DNA of 64,000 nt from Ramazzottius varieornatus. Lineage: Eukaryota; Animalia; Tardigrada. Below are positions 55,905-64,000 of this stretch, piece by piece. Both the position numbers and the translations under genes were made by a program. Numbering within the stretch: the stretch's first letter is position 1; every line of letters starts with the position of its first letter. Location of the stretch: assembly GCA_001949185.1 (NCBI GenBank), contig BDGG01000006.1:602827-666826 (forward strand). Direction: 5' to 3'. The notes below the pieces were generated by a model. The model worked only from the letters and a program-made list of their open reading frames with translations, did not search any database and was not told where the DNA came from.

Positions 55905-58900
55905 ATGGTGGACCAACTCAAAAAGCCGTGTTCCGTGATGTTACTTGGCGTACTAACTGTATTTTTGGGGACTTTATGTGGTTTTTCCAATGCCGCAAGA
56001 GTCGAAATGGAGCATCTGAACGAAAAAAACTTTACGATGTACTGTGATATGCGCTACTACCGTGTGCCCTACTGCAAGGACTCTTCAAGCGGGTAAACTT
56101 GCATCGGTCTTTCTTCATTCGGTTTTTTGTTAATATCGAAACATAAATGAGTTAAGGAAGGTGTTGCGGTTATGTTACAGATATCAGTGCTTGTGTGGTC
56201 CCGGTTTTGAGTACAACGCGCAAGGAATGTGTATAGGTGAGAGACAAATTCAACGCAAATCGGTGGTTCCCTCCTCTGAAATCAGATCGATGCCTGGCGA
56301 GAAAAAAAAGCCAATGCGGTATCGATCGAGGCTGTCATGTCGGTTATGATATCTGTCGCTTCTGACAGCGGTCTCCACCAACTCTCGGCTGGAATTTGAT
56401 GGTGGCCCCAAGGCACAATACGCTATCCTGGTTGGCAAACCATTGCGTGCTCTGGACTCCTTTACGGTCACCTTCTGGCTACGCATCAAGAAACGCAACA
56501 GCAATGGCTACATTGTCTCCTACTCTGTCCGGTAATGCATAAAAAAGAGAAGATAAATCCCAAAATTACGAGCCGTTTAATTGTGACAATGTGTAGGAAC
56601 TTCTTAGAAATATTATCATTTGGAAAAGCCGCAGTGTTGTAAATAGAGCGGCCAGTAAAGATGGAAGAAAATCAAATTATAGTATATACTACCACGGGGA
56701 ATTAACTAAGACATTTTTTGTGGTAGGGATCATCCAAACATCTTTTACATGATGTTACAAGACGGCAAGATCAAGGTCAAAATGTACAACGAGACCTTCG
56801 TGTCCGAACGTATCCGCAGCTTCATGGAGCCGGATGGAAAGTGGCGCCACGTCGCCTTCTCCTGGAGTTCAAAAGGCGGTAACTGGGTCTTGCATGTGGT
56901 AAGCTGAATGAACAGCCATGATCACCGCTTTGTGGGTATCATCAGTCTGACGAGCACACCAGTTTTGGTTGTCACTGCAGGACGGAGCAAACGCCGATCG
57001 GAAAGTCCATTTCGGCTCCGGTTTAATTCTGCCCGCTTCCGGAGAGACGACCTTAGGAGCCAAGTCGCACCACTTCATCCGGGAGAAGAAGACCTTGTGG
57101 CTGGAGGATGAAGCCCCACAAAACTTGGCCATGGACCTCAGTCACTTCAACCTGTGGTTCAACGTCTTGCCGACCCGCGAGATCCGCATGATCATGAAGG
57201 ACTGCCACCTCAAGTACTGCGGCACCGCCATCCGCTGGACCGACTTCCGTGACGGGACGCGCGGCGCAGTCAAGTTACGATGGCCATCTGGAGTCTTCAG
57301 TAAGTTGCCCCAGACATTCCAATTTCTGATCGAGATAAGGGTGAACACCTATCAATAAAATACTTTCCCAAAAAGAGTGACCGCCAGATTAAGTTACGGA
57401 ACTATCTTCACTTTCATGATAATAATGCCGTAACAAAGTATTCCGCAACTTCTACGTCACATGCACTTAGCCGGTTTTCTACGTTCATGTCTGAACTGTA
57501 CTAGTTTTAAAAATTCGTCCAAATTATTGCAAAGACAAAATCAGGAATATACGGTAATTGATTTGGGGAAAAACGTCCATAACGTCAACACGGCGATTCT
57601 GTCCTCATGCTTATTTTTTGCCAGATCGATGCTTCGGTGAGTGGATCGATGATGAAGTGACATGCGACCGATACTGCAGTGTGATCAAGGGTGCGCGTTG
57701 TCGGGAGGAAATGATAGAGAATGTGCGTTGGCCTCGAACCGAAGCCACAACCACCGTCAAGGTTCTCTGCCCGGGTAAAACAGCTTTGGACGCACACTAC
57801 GCCAATCGCAGCTGTCACATCACTGCTTCACCGGGAAACAAGGGCAAATGGGGCCAGCCCATGATCGACGAGTGTCTCGGCGCCGAGACGAAGACGCAGC
57901 TGCGCCATGCTGAGGAACTGTCCAAGAACAAGCTGACGGCCTACGACCTGGTCTTCCCCTTCTTGAGCCGGCTGTCGGAAGTTACCAAACCTAGTAATGC
58001 TCATAGCCCCAACGACTTGGCGGCTTACATCAAAGTGACGGAATTTCTCCTTGAATTCCAGGTCGGTCCTTTCGTATCACAATCTTCAGCGAAAGATTAC
58101 TTATTTTACTCGCCTATAATAATTACAGGAGGATCGCATCCGGAATCGGAATTGGTTGGTCGATCGATGGCAAAATGAACAAAGTACCAAACTGTACCCC
58201 AATTCGACAGATGTCAAAGTCTTTATGAATCAATTGATGGTCATTTTTGTAAGTTAGCACCGGTGCTGGTCGTGTTTCTCGTTGGCCTTTTCTACACGAT
58301 AATCGAGATACGGTTTTTCAGAATAATTTGCTGCCGGGACAAGGAAATGAGCAAGCCTGGAACTTGACCAAGCCTTTCGGGCAGTCCCTGGTGCATCTGC
58401 TGAATATTATGGTGTAAGTACTTTCAGACAAGATGCACATCACAGCAAGCTCCTTGATACCAAAGCCGTCGCATAGATAGCGACGAGGTGGTGATTGCAG
58501 GAAGTTTGTGGATATCCATGCCGGTGTGCTGCTGCGTGATGTGGTGGTGGAGCGCTCTTCGCCTCACTCAACCAACTTTTCCCTGGTCATGGGCAAACTG
58601 GCCATCAACATGGAGGTCCACTTCTCCAACCATTCACACACTTTACGCTACCCCAAAGACGACCAAAGCATACAGCCACTCTTTCACGGCTATTCCGAAA
58701 CCAGAGCCATCATCAAAAAGTCCGTCTGGTCCAACCAATCCAGCTTGGCCAAAAAACGAGGTGAGGAATGTCCAAGATGAATAACTAATGTAGGAAGGCT
58801 CTATCTGCTACAAACTGAAATCGATTCAAATGGCGAGATTAGCAAATGATGGAAACGATACCATTCCATAAATCCGTTTGTCGACGATCGTTTACGCGAA

Positions 58901-61023
58901 CTTTTCATACTACTCTTGTCCTACAGCCTTCGTGGTAACCACAATCTTCATATCCAACGTGCGGGAATTCTTACCGAATCCCTATTATGAGAACAAAAAT
59001 CCGCTGGAAGATAACTTGAATTCGGCGCTCTACCTGATCCGCTTCTTTCCCGAAGACCCAACCCCGATGAACTCCCGCTCCATCGTCACCACCTTCAGCT
59101 ACCTTTCGGTAAGACCACACAAGTCACAGCCACAGCAAACTTCTCTTGCCGAACAGGTGATAATTTTTATTGCAGACTAAAAACATTTCGGACGCCCAAT
59201 GCTTCCGTCTACAGTACGAGAAAATTCGAAAAGGGTAAGTGTCCAGATGAAATGTCTTCAAGAGCAATCGTGTTGTTTGAAACCGGTCTCTGGTGTAGGT
59301 TTGTCTGGAAGTTCTCCAAGCAGGACTGTGTGCGTCTCCATCACACCATCAGTCGGGCCATGTGTACCTGTCCCGACTCGGGCTTCTTCTACGGCGTCAC
59401 CACCGACATGTACGACCCCAACTGGGTGGAGGAAAAGGTCGTCATCTACTTTATGAACTGGGCAACCTATTTCGGCTGCGCCATGTCGGCACTGTGCTCA
59501 CTTCTGGGCTTCTGCATCCTGGTTTTCCTTCGGTAAGTTCAAGAAGTTCTATCCTCACGGAGACGCTCATCTAGGGACTTTCTCTACGACTTTTTCCTGT
59601 CTAGGACTTCCTCCAACACCTCAACTCTGCACAAAAATACGGCATTGGCTGTCGGGTTTGCCCAGCTGTCGCTCATGTGCGGCATCGACCTGCACGAATT
59701 TTTGGTATGAACGCAGACTGCGCAATGTGAAGGAAATTATCAACGTTCTATTTCTTTTTCAGATTCCATGCCGCATTTTTACCATCGCTACGTTGTATTT
59801 CATCCTGTGCCTGTTTTGCTGGATGTGCAACCAAGCATTCCATATTTACAGCGTGGTGACGTACTCAGGCAAGAACAAATAAACCACCTTATGCAGGAGC
59901 AGAATATTGAAGAATAGTTTTAATATTCGCCTTATAGTGCACAATAACGACGAGATCGAGGAAGGTTCGGTAATCAAGTTTATGATTGGCGGCTGGGTCT
60001 TCCCCATTCTTCCGGTTCTCGTCGGCGCACTGACCAAAGGCGACAAGTTCTTCCACAAAGGCGCTTGCTTTGTTTCTTGGGACTGGTTTTTTATCGTCGG
60101 AGCTCCTGGAATATTTGTCATTTTCGTAAGTATCGCCAAAATGTTTGAATCGAATCCGTGACCAAATTTGATTAATTTTTGACAGGTGACGCTACTGATG
60201 AAAGTGATCGCCCTCAAGGAATACATGCAGAGCTCGTACTCACTTAGCGAGAAAGGCAACAAACTCGTCGTGTGAGTCTTTCACATTCGTTCTAAAATTT
60301 TATGAACGTAAAAAGTTTCATGCATGGGTTTGTCCTTGTAGGAATTACATGAAAGCTGGGCGTTCGCAGTGGGGAACCGTCCTGGCCATGTACTGTTGCC
60401 TGCTGGTTGCTCTTCGCCTGGAATCCACCGTGCTGAAGTTCCTCTTCGCCATCTTCAGCATACTACAGGGTTCTTCTTTGCTGTGCTTTTCCGTTCTGAT
60501 GAACGATGAAGTCCGTAACATTCTGTTAAACACGTACGAAGGCAGCAAGGACAAGGAAGAAGCTGGCATCATCGACGAGCTGGCCGAACTGACTCATACG
60601 CAGGCCCAGTTGGCCGCGCACCGCAAACAATCTCGACAGCATTCGGTCAGTAATTTTGCCATGATAACTTTAACCGTGATCGATTTTGTCATTTTATTTT
60701 ATTTTATTTATTTGATGCAGAGCTATGAGAAGGAAGGGTCGTTTCGTGCGAAGGGCAGTCTCGATCACAGCCATCGTGGGTCGCCCCACTCGCCACAGGG
60801 CTCTCATGCGCCATCTGACGTCGATGCGCCGCATCAGAAGAAGCGCTCGCAGGGAATGTTACATCAGATCATGGATGTGCTGGGTCAAGGCGACCATGCA
60901 CGTGCGGCTAGTGGAGGAGGCTTCAACGCGCCGGGTGGAGGACCCCGCGATGTTCTGGACGAGAATGCTGGTGGTGGACTGTCTTTCTTGGACGACACTG
61001 CCATGATGGATACTGCGATCTAA
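55905..61023 (+). CDS. Adhesion GPCR: signal, EGF-like, pentraxin/LamG, HRM, GAIN/GPS, 7TM
   Basis: YQCLCGPGFE; SFTVTFWLR, DGKWRHVAFSWSS, LSHFNLW (pentraxin); WPRTEA..CPG..RSC..W..P.IDEC (HRM); CV..CTC; TM exons YFGCAMSALC, LYFILCLFCWM, FMIGGWVFPIL, LFAIFSILQG..FSVLMNDEVR. Confidence 0.9.
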
Positions 61024-61745
61024 GGGCGCCTGTTATCCACAGCCCGACTGGTTCCCCACATTGTACAGCAATAATATTAATTGCCAAAACGGCAAACAGG
61101 ACTTTACTGAAGGCATTGGTTCGTTCTCAACATTTAATCCGGAATGACTGACAGAGATACTGGTCTTTAACAAAAACAAGTTTGGCACGGACTTGGCCTA
61201 GACTCGAAGTCTGTTTGACCATACAGAGAAAGTGTCAAAATGAATGCTCCTGAATTGACACTTCGAGGTCGGCAAGCAGGACTTCCCAAGGTTTTGTTTT
61301 GCCGAGTACGGACTTCAGTTGTCTCTCGGGAACAGATGTCCGTCGTCTGTATTGATCGGTCATGCAGCTTGATCACATACTGTTTGAGGTTTTTAAGGTT
61401 ATTAAATAGTCGTTGATTAAGCAGGATAAAGTACGAATACTGAGTGGAGGAAAACTCAGACTTCAAGAGGTAGCAGAACGCCGGCCTGAACGGGCTGTAG
61501 AATACATTGGGAATGCGTAAATAGAGAACACCAGCTTGATTAAAGCAGTGTAATACCACCGCTGGCTGAAAGAACCCGTACATCGGGTTTTACCAGTCTA
61601 AATTCCGATCATTTGCGCATAACCCACCTCGACTGTCAAAGTGGTGCTTGTTCGTTCATCCTCCAGCACCGTCTGTTTTCGAGATAGGAGGAACGTTTCC
61701 CGAGTACCGCACACTGACAGAAGGCTCAGTTCCTCTCGCTCCAGG

Positions 61746-63086
61746 ATGGCCGACCCACGCCATTGGCCTCATGCGCTGTTTGTTTGCACCGTGTTTTGTT
61801 TGCTGACATCCGTGGTCTGTATCCCGAAGCCCAACGCAACGTCCTCTGGGCTAAACCTTGTGCTGCACCCCGAAAAGTTGATATTCGGGAGATTTTCGGG
61901 TCCGACAGATAACTTTGTTGAGAAGAAGAGTCCCCCCGTCAGTGTGGACAAGCAACTCCACGTCCGCTGCTTCCAGGAGCTTCGCTCGGAAAGGAATGGA
62001 ACTAATGTTACCGACGGCTTTTATGTCCGTACTGATGACTCGCTGTACGGCACGTGGACGATTCCCACCAAGCTTCCGTCAAATACTCAAGCTGCCATGA
62101 GGATTGAACTAAGAATCCAACCTGTGCTGGCACTGCACGAATCGTTCGTTGTGCGATCGGCGCATACCCTCGACGGCTAATTTGGATTTATCATCGCGAG
62201 ATTCATCCCGAATGGTCCTGCACTTGCATGCCGGTTGGGACCTACGACTGATAGATTTTGAAGAATCTGAGGAAGCTCCGTTAGGCTTCGACAAATTCTT
62301 GATGGAAGACTTATCTGCTGTGTTAATGGATAAGCAGCTGCGGATCAAATGCATTCAGGAGTTGTGTCGTAAATCACGGCAAAATATGTCCGATAGCTTT
62401 TTCATCAGCAGCGCCGGCAAGTTTGATTCGCAGTACGGCAGATGGAGGATTCGGACCACACTTCCGTCCAATGTCCAGAGTTTAACGAGGATTGGCCGCA
62501 TTAACCTCAATGCGAGCCACCAGGTTGCGTCTGGGACATCGTACAACCAGCGTTTTATATGAGCCTCGATGCGGATCGACCGTCAGTAATCGATCTCGTC
62601 CATCCTTACGGAATCTCAGGTGAGACAGAATACAGTATGACGAACAAGCTCCTCACCTATTTCGAATCCTTCCACACGTACGAGTTTCTGTGGACGCCGA
62701 ACAGGTTAGAGTGGAGCATCGACGGGAAGGATATTGCCAGCTTTCCGGATCGCAAAAGCTGCAAAAATGACCCACTAACCGGGGAGATTCCTTACGTGGG
62801 GTTTATCATATCTCACTTACAGTAGCTTCGGTTGCGCCTTCGCGATCTGGGCTACGTACCGGATTGTGTGACGGTTTGTTGGAGATTTGGGAAGATCCGC
62901 ACGATTACATGCGATATTCGAGATTTGTCTGTATTCATTCCGTTGGCGGCTAATAACTATACTAGCTACGAAGAGAACATGGCAAATTTGTCAATGCAGA
63001 ATCGCACGGCGAAATTGTCTGCTTTTAGGGCGCGCGGTGGTGACACGTCGCCCGCCGTAACTGAACTGCCGTACCGAGCTGAGTAG
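61746..63086 (+). pseudogene. GH16/beta-glucan-binding-like secreted protein, frameshifted
   Basis: Signal peptide, GKFDSQYGRWRIRTTLP and FHTYEFLWTPNRLEWSIDG. Split across three frames (breaks near 62160 and 62540). No EIDxxE catalytic motif seen. 3' end uncertain. Confidence 0.6.
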
Positions 63087-63096
63087 GGTTTGCCAG

Positions 63097-63515
63097 TAGA
63101 GCCCTGCAACATGCAGCACGCTCCACACTGCACTGCATTTTACTGCAATGCATTGCAGTTACAGTCGCCGAAGTGGTGAGAAAATGCAGTTGCAGTACAG
63201 TTGTAGTTTTCAAAAAACGAGCATCGGTCGTCGCACTATACTTTTTTTGCCCCAAAACAGTAGTAAAATCAGCATTTTCTGCATTTCCTGGCCGGATTCT
63301 ACGGTTGAATCTCCGTAAAACAACGACGTTTACGATGTGTTCGACATGTTTTCCGTTGGCAGGCAGAAACTCTGAATTTTTAAATGCGGTGCAGGACGGA
63401 TGCAGTTTGGAAAACAGCAGAAAATTGCAGATGCAGTGCAGTTGCAGTTGCAGTTTCTGGAAACCGGATGCAGTGCAGAAGCAGCACTGGTTTCAGCTAC
63501 TGCTGCAGGGTTCTA
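63097..63515. mobile_element. hAT MITE with TGCAGT subterminal repeats
   Basis: TIR TAGAGCCCTGCA / TGCAGGGTTCTA. 8-bp TSD TTTGCCAG / TCTGCCAG. Confidence 0.85.
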
Positions 63516-64000
63516 TCTGCCAGTAAACAATTTTGGTCGCCCGGTTCAAGTGGCGCATTTTTTTCTCAGTATAGAGTTTGTGACTTCTGAAAGCTCGAAC
63601 AATCTGATCGTCCAGTGAAATCTCGATAGAATTCTAAGGGCTTCGGTCGGCCTGGGAATGAAGCGACTATTCTCAATCCTTCAGCGAAACGTTAAAGCTT
63701 TGGCTCCCCGCTACTCTCTTTCCATCGAAAAACTTCATGCAAAGTGAACTATGTTTTGGTTTCTAGTCTTCGATCCCTTCGAGCGAAATGTCCCCATACA
63801 TGAGTGCGTTTTGCGGACGAAACCATAGCCAGGTGTTTGATGAAGATAACACCCTAACCATTTCGTCCATTACCTACACTCCGCTTTCCCCCTCAATGCT
63901 CGCCAACCATAATGCGGATTCCACGCCGTGTCCCCTTGATCCGTGGGCTTCCACTACAAGCGCGGGCCCAGCAACGCAAAGTAAAAATACAACAGAGACC

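Overview
Eukaryotic (invertebrate animal) genomic DNA with short GT-AG introns. Spaetzle, P2X and Dmbx suggest a compact ecdysozoan/protostome genome; the taxon cannot be fixed from this window. The first ~17 kb is mostly nested, decayed transposons (pogo, L2/CR1-type LINE, hAT, Kolobok-like, mariner, MITEs) around a P2X receptor gene. The rest holds, in order: a YccV-like domain gene; four signal-peptide-bearing stefin-type cystatins plus pseudogene fragments; AK7; a thyroglobulin type-1 protein; a secreted TSP1 protein with Gla-like modules; a spz3/spz4-class spaetzle; Pitx and Dmbx facing each other with two disrupted BEN-domain copies between them; a pentraxin/HRM/GAIN adhesion GPCR; and a frameshifted GH16-like gene. 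The most unusual unexplained signal is a dispersed palindromic unit, GTGGCGCA-N27-TGCGCCAC: 15 copies, 13 with exactly 27-nt spacers, mostly intronic and often paired. A small mitochondrial 16S NUMT supplies the stop codon of a frameshifted cystatin. All exon boundaries and family assignments were read by eye; no searches were run.
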